A stretch of 64,000 nucleotides of DNA from Octopus sinensis (GCF_006345805.1 NW_021833248.1:16676-80675); one strand, 5' to 3'; positions 39,349 to 53,782 are shown, counted from the stretch's first letter. Numbers and translations are program-made. The notes: generated by a model not told the origin, from the letters alone.

Positions 39349-40638
39349 CGAGGGGCGTTCAATAAGTAATGCCCCTGACCCACTTCCCATAACAGTAGAG
39401 CAACGAAACTTGGCACAGTTATTAGTCTCTTTTTACATAGGAACCACCCAGAGTTACGCATTTCTCCCATCATTTTATGCAGCTCTGGAGACCGTTTTTG
39501 TAGAAGACCCCAGTTTGGTCCTCCAACCACGACGTGACTTCAGAAATCAAGGCTGCATCATATGGGAAACGCTTTCCTTTCAAAAACAACATCATGGCTG
39601 GGAAGAGGTGAAAATCAGAGGGTGCAAGGTCAGGAGATTAGGGGGATGGGGGAGGAGTTCATAATCGCACGCCTGTGCTTCTGATCTGGCGACACGTGAG
39701 TTGTAGACCGGAGCGTTGTCCTGCAGGAAGAGGATGCCTTTGCTGATCTTGCCCGCCTCTTGATTTTAATAGCTTCTCTTAATTTCTTCAAAAGTGAAGC
39801 ATAATAGGCTCCTGTAATTGTGGTACCCTTTGCCAGGAAATCTGTCATCACTACTCCGTCCTGGTCCCAGAAGACTGTGAGCATGACCTTGCCAGCGGAG
39901 GGCTGCACCCTTGCCTTCTTTGGAGGAGGTGAGTCACGGTGCTTCCACTGCATTGACTGGGCTTTGGTCTATGGATCATAGTGATGGACCCAGGTTTCAT
40001 CCTGTGTAATCAGTCTTCTGAAAAATTTTGACTCATCTTCTTGGCACATCTCCAAATTCACCCTCGAGCACTCGACGCGTTCTTGCTTCTGGAAAGGTGT
40101 GAGCAACCTGGGAATCCATCTGGCAGACACCTTTTGCATATGCAAATGGTCATGAATGATAGTTTCCACATACCCGGTACTAATCTTGACCTCATGGGCT
40201 ATTTGGCGAATAGTTATGCGTCGATCTTCCAAAATGGCAGCCTCAACTTGACGGACAGATGCCTCATCAATGGCAGAAGGGGGCGACCAGATCTAGGAGC
40301 TGTTTCCACAGAGTTCCGACCATGTTTAAATTCACGATGCCAGCGTTTTACAAGGTCATATGATGGGGCATCATCACCATAAGTTACTTTCATTTCATCA
40401 AAAGTCTCCCGTGGTGTGCCTCCTTTCAAATACAAAAACCGGATCACTGCTCGACACTCAACTGGCTCCATTTCACACTTGACTCTGTTCAAACACCTGT
40501 AAATCAGAAACCACAATTAGTTCAGAGCTGTAATTTGCCACTTAATCTATAAAGATATAAATAATTGCACATGCAAAATTTCAGCTAGATCAAACAAATG
40601 CAAGTGGGTCAGGAGCATTACTTATTGAACGTCCCTCG
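39349..40638 (-). mobile_element. Full-length (1290 bp) mariner element, irritans-like, disrupted transposase (ATG 40471)
   Basis: 37-bp TIRs with 2 mismatches (CGAGGGGCGTTCAATAAGTAATGCCCCTGACCCACTT), TA flanks. RAVIRFL, PRSGRP, VSARWIPRLL, LITQDETWVHHYDP, KVMLTVFWD. One TAG and at least two frameshifts. Confidence 0.93.
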
Positions 40639-43399
40639 TATTTATTATTCTGCTTTGTATAAAACTTTAGCTATATTAATACTTCTGGCTATCATTTTTT
40701 TGACATTCTAGAGTGTCAATATTTTAATAAAATAATGGTACCTTTTTTTAATTATAATGTTATTTTGTAAATTAAAATCAAATAATATTTAATATTCAAA
40801 TTTTACCCTTAGTTGCAATAGTTGAAGTAAACATGTTCTTGTTCTGTTCTTTACTTGATACAATAAGTTATCCTGAACTTTTCCAAGTGTAATAATTTTT
40901 CCTATAATTTTCCAGGTTTATAATCTTAAAAATATTATTTCTCTTGCTCGCATTTTTCCATGTAATTATGTTTTTTCCAGGTTATGCTATTATGCTAATT
41001 AGTAATGCGTGAAATGTATGAATTAGCGTTATTGTTGATAAGTTTTCCTTACCTCAATGACGCCGGTGATATATATTAAAAGTCCCCTTACAGAACTATA
41101 TTCATAAAAATGTATCGAACATTATTATCACCTTCAAATTTGAGAAACAAGCATTCATAACTTGTTTGCTGTAAAACTTCATTGCATGAGATTGATACCA
41201 TGAAATTTCTCGAATCGAGCTCTATCATGTAAGCTTAAGTAAAATATAGTTTGCTTTTAAAATAAAAAAAGTTAATGATACTTAAATCCAATTTTTGCTC
41301 TACTTATATTTTTTTTTCATGATATTTTACTTCAGCTTTTTTTATACAAATTTTTGTTACCTGGTACCAAAACTATGAAATTCTGCATGCTTTCTTTTAT
41401 CATTGAAGCTAAGATAAAAAGTTTTGGCTTTTAACATAAAAAAAAGTTATTTAGATCTAAACTTGATAGTAGGCGTTACTCACTCTCCTATAACGTTGCT
41501 ACAGATTTTGATGTAAACCTTTTTTTCTACTGGATCAAATCTTTTATGCCGGAATGTAGCTAGAGATCAGTCCTCTTCAAAAATGTTAACAGTTTTTAAT
41601 TTGGTTCAGAACTGAATTAGCGACAAGCTCTGAAAGATGCTGCATTTGAGTAAATTGCGGCATTAAGAATATCATTCAACTACCACAGTAGTTGAATGAT
41701 AACTAATTACTTAGTCATGATTAGCATATGCAAGTATACATATACAGAGACACACACACATATGTATATATATATATAGATATATACACCTCTCTCACTC
41801 CCTCTCTATTGTTCTCTCTCTCCCTCACACACACATACATACACAAATAAATGTCTGAAATATTGAATGGTATATCTATAATATTATCTATCAATATAGT
41901 TATATTGTTATTTCCATATTATTTTTAAAACAAATTTCGAATTTACTTTATTATGCAGCTGGTTTGAAGAAAACCTCCAGCATACCTCTTATTAATCATA
42001 GGAGATAATACATTTCAAAAACAGTTCGAATATATTCTCAGAGTGACTGATATTGGTCTGTTCATTTTCCTCAACTTGAGTAGATATATGACTGGAGCTA
42101 GTCTAGTAAGAGGAAAAGTAATAAAGTGCTTGCAACTAAAGATATACAACAGCTAACTATTGACGTTAAAGTCTACCATGTCCCAAAATAAACTGATTCA
42201 CAGAACAATTTTTTACACAAAGTTCCTCGACCAAATCTATATCTGGCATTGGGTGCATAGATTGTTTTAAAGTTATTGTCCCAAAGTTCTGCGCAGTGAG
42301 ATCGAAACAAAAGCCAAGGAGCTGAGGAATTACATTTGTTCTTAAAGAACATTATTATTTGTCATGCTTTTTTTCTACCTGCCATTTTCTCTTTTTGTAA
42401 GCGGCGTCTTCCATTTTTAAATCAAGAAGATCTATAAAACTGATACTCGCTTAAAATTATTTTAATATTTCGATTTTAATTCTTTTTTATGATGATAAAA
42501 CTATTAGAAACTAACAAACAAAATTCATTCCTTTGGATGGTCATCAATTTCTCTACCTTTATTGATCGTTTTGATAGCTAATTCTTTTGCAAGTTACCAC
42601 TCACCGCCGGAAAATTGAAATATGTTCTAAATTGTTTTCAAGCACTTACTGATACAAACTGCAAAAATGATATTAATCATCAAGAAATATTGTTTTTCTT
42701 TCATTTCATAATAGCTTCTAATTTACTTTTTTAATGTTTCATACAATGAACATGATTACTCAGTTCCATAGAATTTGCGAGTGTTAATTGTGAGCAATGT
42801 AATGTAAAGAATCAACATCGTGTCAAAAGTCGATATTAGACAACAACGTAATAAACTTATTCATTAACTGTCGAAGTGTCCATAAGACCTCCGAATTTTT
42901 AAAGAAAATTATATTGTTTGGAGATAAATTGTTCTAATGAAACTAGAATTTCCGAGTGAAACAAGTGCAAAGCAATTTAATCTTTAAAACACATGCTTCT
43001 ACCTGTTTTCTTCCATTACTGATCAATGAAGACATTCACTTCAGTTACGAGGTCGATTCGGGTTTTTCTATATATCAGTATATGTATAAGAAACATTGTT
43101 GTATGAAAATATCGATCATATGCAAGCAAATCCAGTGCGTAGTTTCATCTGATGTACTGACTGAGTCTTTGCAAGGTTCTTGCTTAGTTTACGTTGCCTA
43201 GATGCGGCCTCTAAACAGGAAATGCTTTCTTTTCTGATGAGAATAGATACATGGAGCCTGTTCAGAGAATGCTGTTTCCAGAATTTTTGTCAATGCCTAT
43301 AGCTTCCACTTTTACTCTCAGTCAATAATCGTAGTTTTTTTTCTCCGCTGACTGCTACTCTATTGCAATTCTAACAATATCAACTACATATGGCTGGGA

Positions 43400-43730
43400 G
43401 ATAAATTTACACAAAATAGCCACCCTCAGCTCCCACTGCGATCTCAAGCCGGATCAGGAAACTTGCGCATGATTCCTTCAATGTGAGCTTGAGAAAATCT
43501 TCGAACACCTTCGACATCTTCACCAGATTTGTCATGCTCAGGAAGTTGTAACAAACAGCCAACGAGAAATTTTGCGTTAAACTTAGGAACTCTGCTACAG
43601 AGACATTGATCATGCTTCGGTAATCTTTCGTTTTTGAGTGGCACACTTTCTTCAAAGCAGAAGAACGTTCCTGGAAGACAATGAGCGATCTGGAAGACCT
43701 GCCACGAAATGGGGTATTGTGTATCGAGAC
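43400..43730. mobile_element. Fused remnants: maT-like C-terminus (-) joined to mariner N-terminus (+)
   Basis: Minus strand ESCASFLIRLEIAVGAEGGYFV. Plus strand aaattttgcgttaaactt...gatctggaagacctgccacga matches 52530-52700. Confidence 0.55.
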
Positions 43731-43771
43731 TGCAATTGAGAGTTCTACTGTGAAGTTTGAGGTGCACACAC

Positions 43772-43830
<59 letters not shown>

Positions 43831-44574
43831 ATCTCACCGAATAAACTGCTCTTCTCTCTAGACATCACATTCTGCGTTCCCTTCCTAGTTTCTACAATCA
43901 CCTGATAAATAATTCCTGACTTTCCTGTGAAGCACTAACCGATTATCAAAATAATATACTTACTCAATAATATTAAAAGTTTAAAATACTTATAGAAATT
44001 AAAAAAAACAAGTATATGAAATTTTTGTGGAGAGGCAGAACGGAATGAATTTCACCAAGAAACAGAATCAGGTTTTTTACAATAAAATACTACCACATTC
44101 AGCAACATATAGATATTGATTATAGACATTCATCTAATGCATCCACAATGAAACATCAAGAAATACAACTGCATCTACGCATCAGAAATAAACGAATTCA
44201 TAATAAACCAGTGTCAAACACAAATACATTTCATCAAACCACATCTCAGCATTAAACAACTTAATAATGAAATAAATTCAAATATATAAATAAACAATAG
44301 AAAAACAGAACATGGAAAATTTTGTATCGTGCAAAACGCATAAATCTATAAAGAGTGCAGCATTATCACGAACACCACCAAAAATAGCAACAACAACAGC
44401 GATCTGAACACGTGTCAAAATATCAACTTCGCTCACAGGCCAAATTATCAAGCATTTCTAGAAACCATCCAAAAGACGATATGAAAGAAGAAGCGAAAAT
44501 TACACTAGCTATCTAAATATATATGTGTATATATGTTTGATCATCCCTTAAATAATGCGGTTTTGTCAATTGCA

Positions 44575-44930
44575 TTAACAGAAGACATGAGATTTAGGAC
44601 TGGTACTTATTTTATCGACCACGACGGAGTTTGAACTCAGAACGTAAAGACGGACGAAATATCACAAAGAATTTAACCGTGTATGCTAATTATTCTCCCT
44701 GCATGCCGCCTTAACCACAATAATACATTTTCTACTAAAGGCAGAAGGCATGAGATTTAGGGGAGAGGGCTAGTCAATTACTTCCATCCCAGTACCCAAC
44801 TAGTACTTATTTTATCGACCCTGAAACAATGGAAAGCGAAGTTAATCATGACGAAATATCAACTCAGATCGTAAAGACGGATGAAATGCCGCTAAGCACT
44901 TTGTCCGGAGTGCTAACCATCCTGGCAGCT
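44575..44930 (-). mobile_element. Two adjacent copies of a short interspersed repeat (SINE-like; related piece at ~45320-45500)
   Basis: Repeated motif ...tacttattttatcgacc...aactcaga.cgtaaagacgga.gaaat at 44600-44660 and 44800-44890. Confidence 0.55.
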
Positions 44931-44994
44931 CAAATATCCCGAAATCCCCAAAATGTGAGAACCACAAAAAAAATAAAATAATAATAATTATAAT

Positions 44995-45720
44995 AATAAT
45001 TCATATGCCAGGAAACCTAAAAGTATCAGATCTACAACAAAATGTTTTCATGGCGATTATCCTCATTGTAAGAAAAACATTGTCGACTTGGAAATAACTG
45101 ATTTTCTAAAAACTCTTTCAAAACCGAAATATTACAAACGTATAGAAACTTAGTTCTCAGATGCTGTTCTCCTTCCGCTACAGCATATCATTGCCAATCA
45201 TAAATAACACTCATACTAGAACGTCCAAATTGCTGTTACATGATGTTTCTGGATCAGACTCGGAACAATTCGTATAAAATCTAGCAACAATAACGTAAAT
45301 AATACTAATAATAATCCTCTCTACAATAGGCACTAATCTAGCAATTCTTGTGAGAGGTGTTCCTTATTGCTAAACAAGTAATTACATAAACTGTTAAGTA
45401 CCTGAACTGGTAATTACCCTAAGTGGTAATTATTTTATCGACTCTGAATGGATGAAAAGCAACGTCGTTATTCACAGCATTTGGACTCAGAGAGTAGTGA
45501 GGTGGAAGAAATTGCTAAACATGCATTTGATCATAATTGATCATAACGAACTGAAATATGAAATCAATAGGATGTGAAAAATAAAGCATTCAAACATCAC
45601 ACCAGTAATCGTAGGTGCATTAGGAACAGCAAAGGAAAACAATAGCAAAATAGAGAAAATCGAAGCAGATAGTGACAGAGCTATTGCAAACAGTTTTCTC
45701 AGTATTCCGATGTTGTTTTT
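44995..45720 (+). mobile_element. R4/Dong-type RLE 3' remnants next to (TAA)n
   Basis: LQQNVFMAIILIVRKTLS (~45030) and YEINRM...TPVIVGALG (~45560-45630). Confidence 0.5.
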
Positions 45721-45964
45721 CTGTTTCGCTGAGTCCAATCGTCACTGTTTGGACTAAGGTTTACTTATACAGTAATTTAAAATCAGGTTAAAAGCATTTG
45801 TTTTCCTCTTCTTCATTAACGTTAGCCATTTGTTTCGCTGAAGGAAAATGATTGCAAGTCATTATTTATACTTTGTGCCCCACCACCTATACGGCAAGTT
45901 TTGATAAATACAACGAAAATGATGATAATAGTAATAAAAGTGAAGAAAAATTAGCTTAATAAAA

Positions 45965-45967
45965 GTG

Positions 45968-46024
<57 letters not shown>

Positions 46025-46025
46025 T

Positions 46026-46066
<41 letters not shown>

Positions 46067-46077
46067 TTGGTGGTGGT

Positions 46078-46122
<45 letters not shown>

Positions 46123-46262
46123 ATAATAATAAATAATGAAAATAATAATAATAATAATATATAATAATAATAATAATAATAATAATGCTATTTGTAGCAG
46201 CAGCAGCAGTAGTAGTAGTAGAAGTAGGAGTAATTGTTGTTGTTGTTGTTGTAGTAGTAGTA
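45965..46262. repeat. Compound (TAG)n/(TAA)n/(CAG)n/(TTG)n microsatellite
   Basis: Directly visible. Confidence 0.92.
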
Positions 46263-46619
46263 ATTTAGTTTCAAAATGGTCAACACGCATCACATAAACT
46301 AGCAGATAAATGTACATATCCAGCAACAAACAGAACGATAGCAAGATAAAAAAAAATAGACAGACCTACTCACCAGAATACCAAAATAATTGTACCCACA
46401 TCCAACTTTGTTGTGGTTAGAAAGAAAAATAAATAACAAAGATGCCCCTGTCGCCAAAACATATGGGCCTATAGTATGCTTGAAAATTATATGCAAACTG
46501 TACACTTATTGTCTGAATATGTTTCTCCAAGACCACTGCTAAAGAAATGGTATGATAACTGATGAACAGGCCGGAGGAAAGGAAGGTGTATGGGGTTGTG
46601 TTGAGCAGTTTCTCAACAA

Positions 46620-47390
46620 AGTTTTCCTTTAGGGAGCTCAGCAACATCGCCGTTATCTCTTAATAATATGGCTAGACTACGAGTCATTCCACTTTGTTCC
46701 TCACTAACAGGTGCATTTAACAAGACCATATCTCACAATGCTTTTTGCAGTGCCAGTGTTAGTACCAACATTTGGTTTGTTTGACTGGATACCCAACAAG
46801 ATACGCAGACTGGACATCTAACCGGAAGGGTACTGACCACTGCTGGTATCTTCTACGTTTACGACCATACCGATAGAGTCTATGTGAAACGAGTTGATGT
46901 TTGTAGAGGTCAGTAGTCAGTTCAAATTGCTGTCCGATAACAGCTGCTGAAGAAAGAAATAAGTACATTCCATAAATACTCAAAATTAAGAGCAAAACAT
47001 CTTAAGAATTAGTGAAAATCTACTGGGCATGTTCTCTGAGAATATAACAGTCTCCTGCAACTGAAAGGAGACTGGACTGGCCTACCAAAACAGAAGCTTG
47101 GAGGAGAAGCGGGCATCATGCCAACAAAAAGCAATGCATGGGTATATATTCCGTAAGCTAGAGGGCAACAGCAGCATTGACAAGAAAAGAAACCTCGCCC
47201 GGACGTGTAATAGATACATTACATCCCACCAAGAAGGATATGCCTTCGCTATCAAGGAACAGGAGATAGTTATTAAATCCTGATAAACAAGAGAGACAAT
47301 GATATCACCAAACGTTTACGTTGTAATAGAAAATGTGAGCTCTGCAGAAGATATCACCAGTATCATTAGCAGTTGACCCAAATTGTCTAC
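46620..47390 (+). mobile_element. R4/Dong-type RT C-terminal fragment
   Basis: FAVPVLVPTFGLFDW, DRVYVKR, KAMHGY, SHQEGYAFAIKEQEI. Confidence 0.6.
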
Positions 47391-47399
47391 CAGATACTA

Positions 47400-48740
47400 C
47401 ATGCCCTGTGGCATGACATAGCTGCAAAGACTGTTTATAATGCTACCCACAGGAATGACTGCCCAGACGTATGCATCAAAGTTACGACAGATGTGCCAGA
47501 GAAAGCAAAAAAGGACAAAGTGGGAAAACCCGAAAAGGAAAATAAGGAAACGACGGAGGTGACCGTGGAAGAAGCTGGAAGGCAGAAGAGCGACAACAAG
47601 GAAGGCAGCGAGATGGAATTCACGCAAGAGACGCACAAGAGGAAGAAGCCCATTTCCATCGACTCCCCTTCCCAAACATAAAAAAAACAACAATGCAAAC
47701 AGACAACATTAAAACAATTCCCCAACTCCACCCCTTTGGCACTGTGTTCGTGGGGACGAAAAATGCCAAACCCCACCCCATAAACCCAGAAAGAAAAATA
47801 AAGATAAAGATATTTCTCTCGACTCGAAAAATGAAAGAATATTTCGTTTCGTAAAGGCGCACCATCAAATAAAACTCTTAAGCAGAACGGCAGACAACCA
47901 GTCTGCTGTTTGCTACGCAAGGGTGTGCGATGACGGGTGGATGGACAGAATTCTGCAAGAACAGCTGAAAAAAAAAAGGATGTGAATGATATCGCTCAAG
48001 AAATAGCGGACGGGAAAATAACAATTACCCTGGCAGCCACACCAAGCCAGAGCCCGGTGGCCACACCGGTAAAAATCCCAGCGGTTATGTCTACTAAGGG
48101 GAGAGAGGGAGAAGCAGTCAGACAGAAACTGCCATACGCCCGGTCGCAACCGTAAGTAGAAAATTTAATCTTTCGTTCATCAATGATTAAGTTAGGTTGT
48201 ATAAATGTGCGTGGGCTGAGGTCGAAATGGAAACAAGCTTATTTCCTGAACGACCTCAGGATACACAGTATAGATATAGCCGTTGTAACCGTCTATACAA
48301 ACTGGCAACAGAATGGGAGAATTTCCAGTGCTCTAAGCCGGAGAGGGATGACGCTGGTCCAGAAAGATCCGAGCAAGGGGGATAGTATTAGTAACTACCG
48401 GTCTATAACTCTACCTAACGTAGAGTTAAAGATTTTGGCCAAGGTGCTAGCGAAAAGGTTGATGGATGTCGTGGAGAAACTTGTCGGGAATGCACAGACA
48501 TATGCAACACCCGGCAGGTCGATCCAGGACAATCTTCACCTTATCCGCCACACCTTAGACAGGCTGGGTAAATTAGCCGGCAAAGGTGGCGCAATAGTCC
48601 ATTTAGACCAAAGTAAAGCATTTGATAGGATCAACCATCAGTACCTGGCGGTGGTCCTCGAAGCGGCTGGGCTGGGCCCAGTCTTCCGCGGATGGATCTC
48701 TGCTATGTACAGCAGCATCGAGTCCACAGTCCTGATAATC
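47400..48740 (+). mobile_element. L1/Tx1-type LINE with an in-frame internal deletion in ORF2
   Basis: ORF 48183-48770: APE start MIKLGCINVRGL...IDIAVV joined directly to RT segment VYTNWQQNG...NYRSITLPNVELKILAKVL...LDQSKAFDRINH. Upstream K/E-rich ORF1-like pieces at 47373-48155. Confidence 0.75.
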
Positions 48741-49146
48741 CGCCCAATGTCATATTTTAATTTAAGGTAAAAAAGGTGGTGTCAAAAAAAAACAAAAACC
48801 CAGTTAATTGTACAATAATGAATGCCATTTGTAAATATATTCATCCGAACTCAGATATCATTTTTGTGTGTTTGTAATGTTCTGTAATGTGCCCCTGTGT
48901 TTGATTGTATAGTCATAAGAAATATATTCATCATTAGCTCGTGATTAACACACGTTGAGGACGGGAAACCACCCAGAAACTCGAGTACATGTGTATCACG
49001 TAAAGCCAGAGAAGAGCGCGATGACCTCTCCTCGCAAATACTAATCGGACACACAATGTGTGTCGTTAGGCAGCTGGAAGGGATGTCTTCCTGGGGCTAT
49101 AAACGTCACTAGCACTGTCCCGTATAGGACGCCAAGCTTGGTTGGC

Positions 49147-49192
<46 letters not shown>

Positions 49193-49443
49193 GAGTTTGT
49201 CTGTGTCTATTTCTTCCAACTACTGCTTAAAGACTGGTGTTGTTTTTTACGTTCCTGTATCTTAAGAGTTCAGCAAAAAACCCAAATAAAATCGGTACCA
49301 GGCTTAAAAATGTATATGACTTGCAGTCGATTCGTTCTACTAAAATTCTACACGGTGATGCCCCAGCATGGCCATAATCTAAATGATTGAAACAACTGGT
49401 GTGTGTGTGGGAATATATATATATATGTGTGTGTGTGTGCGTA

Positions 49444-49505
<62 letters not shown>

Positions 49506-49883
49506 ATATACTCCCACACACACAACACATGTATATTGCATACACATACATACAGTAACTAGAAATCATGTTTTATGTTTTGGTCCTTTAGAAAATATAT
49601 GGATATGTATGAATATGTGTATGTATGTGCATATTCATTTCTACACACACACATATACGTATACACACACATAATCCGTATGTATACACATATAAATATA
49701 AATATATATGTGTGTGTGCGTGTGTGTGAGAGAGAGAGAGTATGAGTATATGCATGAATTTAAAGAACAAATGACAATTCAACTGTTAAAATTATTTCTC
49801 TACACTACAGGTATAAACTTGTTTGTGTATTTATGTTTGTGAGTATACACACACCGACACCCACACAAACACGCAGACACACA

Positions 49884-49918
<35 letters not shown>

Positions 49919-49933
49919 ACACACATACACAAA

Positions 49934-49984
<51 letters not shown>

Positions 49985-50229
49985 TCAATTAGAAAATATT
50001 TCACTGCATTGACAGAGATTCATGGTTAGATGGTCACACGGTTCAGATTGTTTTCACAGACAGTTTCATTTCCTTTTAAATAATAAAAAACAAAAAGAAC
50101 AAAACCGTAACACAACAATTATTCAATACGAAATATATATAAATAAGAGAACTTTTATGTATGAAAAGTGGTAATCATTTTCACTCGTTAACATTTTACG
50201 TGTTGTTCATCACAGAATATTAAAGAAAT

Positions 50230-50584
50230 ATGTATTCCTTCTCAGTCGGGCACGTCATTCGAAAAGCAAATCTTCACGTACTTACTATCCTAGTGCTGTT
50301 ATTGCAGATGTACTTGGTGGGTAGCGTGAGTTCCAGAGAATATTATGGGATTCGTATTAATCCTTCTGTAACTGGCATTCCAGAAGAAGACAAATTGAAT
50401 AAGATGTCAAACATCCGATCACGTATTGAGTGCTTTTCTTTCTGTATGACAAATTCCAAATGTGGTATGATTATTTACAGCGGTTCCGAGAGAGTATGTA
50501 TCCTACGTAAAATCAAGCAACTACCTGGTGCCCCATCATTTATCGACATTCCTCCAAACAGTATTTACACCATGCTTCAAGCCC
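50230..50584 (+). CDS. Exon 1 (signal peptide + PAN/apple domain) of PAN-CTL gene copy C
   Basis: Hydrophobic leader LHVLTILVLLLQMYLVGSVSS; PAN-type pattern SRIECFSFCMTNSKCGMIIYSGSERVCIL; phase-1 donor C|GTGAGT at 50585. Confidence 0.82.
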
Positions 50585-52302
50585 GTGAGTAGTTTCCTTT
50601 TCTAGTGTATGTGTTGCGCATATTATTACCTTTTCTTTCACTTATTATTTAAACCCTCTTCTTTTGATATCGAAGACGATATCTGTGGTCTGAGATAAAT
50701 TTCGACCCTATTTCTAGGTCATCGGAGACGTAAAGATTCTCTTTTTGGATCATGTTGCAAATGTTGTTCAAAAATAATTATTCTTACTGTCATTTCAGCT
50801 TAGTAATGTCGTCTTAGCATAATCTGCAATGTATTCAGACCTACGTGAAACTCGTTTTTTTTAAAGACAGTTGTATATTTATATGAAGGCGATTTTTTAC
50901 AACTACATATAGGCCATTTTTAGATTCGTATCGCGCTAGTGTGTGTATGCTTGTGTATTGAGAGAGAGCGTGTGTATGCTTGTGTGTTGAGAGAATGTGT
51001 ATGTGTGTGTGTGCTTGTGTGTTGAGAGAGAGCGTGCTTGTGCGTTGAAAAAGAGCGTGTGTGTGTTTTTGTGTTATGCGTAGGTATGAGCTTTTTGATT
51101 ATAAATTTAATACGTAAAGTATCTTTTGGTAGTATATTTTTAAAAACTCGTGTTTGTTTCTATAGATGAATGCCCAACAAAAAATGGTTTTATTATCATG
51201 TAAGGTCACTGGTATAGATAGATAAGATCTGGTAATATATATTAATAAGGATCACAAAAGTCATTGGATGCAGAAGGCTTTTCCCTGATCAGTGGATTAT
51301 ATCGGAGACTCTCGAATTATGCCCAAAGGAAAAAAATTAGTTTTCAATGAAAAAAGTTGTCCATAAATAAAATTTAATGAAAGTAAAATTTATAAAAAAA
51401 CGTTATTTATAATTTTTCAAAAAATCCAGTCATTGCATGCTTTTTGTAAGATCAAGTTTTCTCTAAAATAAGTCTTGCTCCAGATAATGTATTCTTAACA
51501 GTAAAGTTGCAAAATATTGTTTGACTCACTTGATGTTTTGGAAATATCGAATAATGTTTCCGCAGTAAATTAAGTTTGAGAACCTCTGAATGAGACATCT
51601 TGCTGCTATAATTGCACACACAACTACACCTGACATATATATAGAATAGTTTTCTACGCCATTTGGTAATATTTAATTTAATATTGATAGGTTCCATGTA
51701 AAACAATGGACGTTACCATCAGTGATTGGTGTTGTGAAGGGCCTGTGTATAAGTAAGCATTTTATAATTGTTGATTTCAAGAAAGGTTAGTTGAAGCAGC
51801 ATCAGTAACATTCCTGACTGTATTTTTGACATTTTTCGTTGAATATATTTCTTTCAGAAATATTTAAGTTCTTATTCGAGTTATAGATTATTGTTGCTGT
51901 TCTTGTAGTTATTAATCTTCTTGTCGTTGTTGTTGTTCTATTATCACAATTTGATCGTATTTGGTGCTTTTCGTTACGGTTTACTTCTCCTTCATTGGTA
52001 TCTAAATGAGTATGTTTGCTAGACCCAGTAGGTGGCTTATTGAACTGTTATCGCATGTTATCGCTATTGTTTATGCTGTGCATATGCTGCTCCACCTAAA
52101 TTAGTGAAGTTAGCGTCAGATACCTTCACGGTGTGACGATTATATATATAGAGAGAGACATACACTCAATCATATATACATAGACACATTTATTTACATA
52201 CTTATTTATATACATCAGTGGTCAATGAGGAAAGGAGGCGGAGAGACAGCTACGGGAAGGAAATAGAGATGAGAGAGGGATATTTTGCACTACGTATATC
52301 TA

Positions 52303-53588
52303 CGAGGCTGTATCAAAAAGTTCCCGAAATAGTTCTGTAGCGCGCCAACAGTTGGCAGCACACCGTTGTGCGCGTAGTGAGAGCTGGCAGTGACCATCAT
52401 GAGGCAATGTGCCTATTGACATTGCTGTGTTTACTTCGTAAGTTCGGAAATTTGTATGTTTGTGATCATTTGTATGCTGTAGTCTGCTATTTTGTTATAT
52501 TGAGGAAGCTGGAACAAACAGCCAACGTAAAATTTTGTGTTAAACTTGGGACGTCGGCTACAGAAACATTGAGCATGCTTGCCAAGTTTACGGTGACGAG
52601 GCAACGGGTCGAACGCAATGTTTCGAGTGGCACGGCTGCTTCAAAAGCGAGTGAACGTCCCCGGAAGACAATGAATGATCTGGAAGACCTGCCACGAGAG
52701 TCACCTCCGAAAATATGGAGTAAATTACTCAGATTGTGCATGACGATCGCTGGAAGACATTCAATGACATTGCTGATGTTGTTGGTCCATCGCATGAGTT
52801 CAAGCAGGAAATCCTAACATCTGAATTGAACATGCGACGTGTCTCTGCCAGGTTTGTCCCTCACCAGCTGACTACTTAGCAGAAAGAATATTGCATTGAA
52901 ATCTGTCAAGGTTCTACGTCAGCGTGCCACTGATGACCCGTCCTTCATGTCGAGGATCATCACCGTTGATGAGAGTTGGATCTACGGGTAGGAACCTGAG
53001 ACGGAGCAGCAGTCGTCACAATGGAAAAGCCCTCCATCTCCACGACCGAAGAAGGCACGACGGAGACGCAACTCAATCAAGAGCATGCTCATTGCTTTTT
53101 TTCGACATCTACGATCTTATGAATCGAGAATTCAACCCTCAGACCGTCAATCGAGAGCTCTACTGCGATGTTTTGAAGCGTCTGGAGGAGGACATTCAGT
53201 GAATGCAACTGGATCAGTAGAGCGTGAAGAATTGTATTCTTAACGACGAGAATGCTCCCTGTCACGGAGTTCTCCTCTCTCCTGAGTTTCTCGCTAAACA
53301 CAACGTTGTATCGCTTCCGCATCCACCATATTCACCAGATTTAGCACCTCCGGACTTCTATTTTTCCCCAAGATGAAAACGCTGTTCAAAGGTTGCCGTT
53401 TTAACACCATTGACGTGATCAAGTGCGAATCGCAAATGGTCCTCGACTCGCTTACGGAAAATATTTAGGCCGGATTACAAAAGTAGCAGGACCGGTGTAT
53501 TGCTGCTCAAGTTGACTATTTCGAAGGAGACAATGTTAAAACGTTTTATTACACATAACTTGTCCGTGAACTGTTTGATATCACCTTG
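52303..53588 (+). mobile_element. Degenerate full-length mariner in intron 1 of copy C
   Basis: TIRs cgaggctgtatcaaaaagttcccg / ccgtgaactgtttgatatcaccttg. NVKFCVKLG, FVPHQLT, IITVDESWIYG, HPPYSPDLAPPDF. Many stops and frameshifts; the last 15 bp are duplicated (53589-53603). Confidence 0.88.
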
Positions 53589-53782
53589 TTTGATATCACC
53601 TTGAGGGTAAATTTGGGGAAGTGTGTTGCTCAGAGAGGAAGAAAGTCTGAAGTTTGCAGGAAAGTCAGATAAATAGAAATTACTGAGCACATTTGATTAA
53701 AGTGGAGTTAGGAGTTAAAATTGTGCAAATAACATCATTGCAACTAATCGAAAAGTTCGGAAACATTGTGTATACGAGTGGA

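Noticed and set aside
43225-43290. CTGATGAG motif
   Set aside because: No matching GAAA/stem III/NUH arrangement nearby.
37750-49500. Exons 2 and 3 of gene copy B
   Set aside because: No CTL-like exon or matching acceptor context found by eye; the region is TE fragments and AT-rich DNA.
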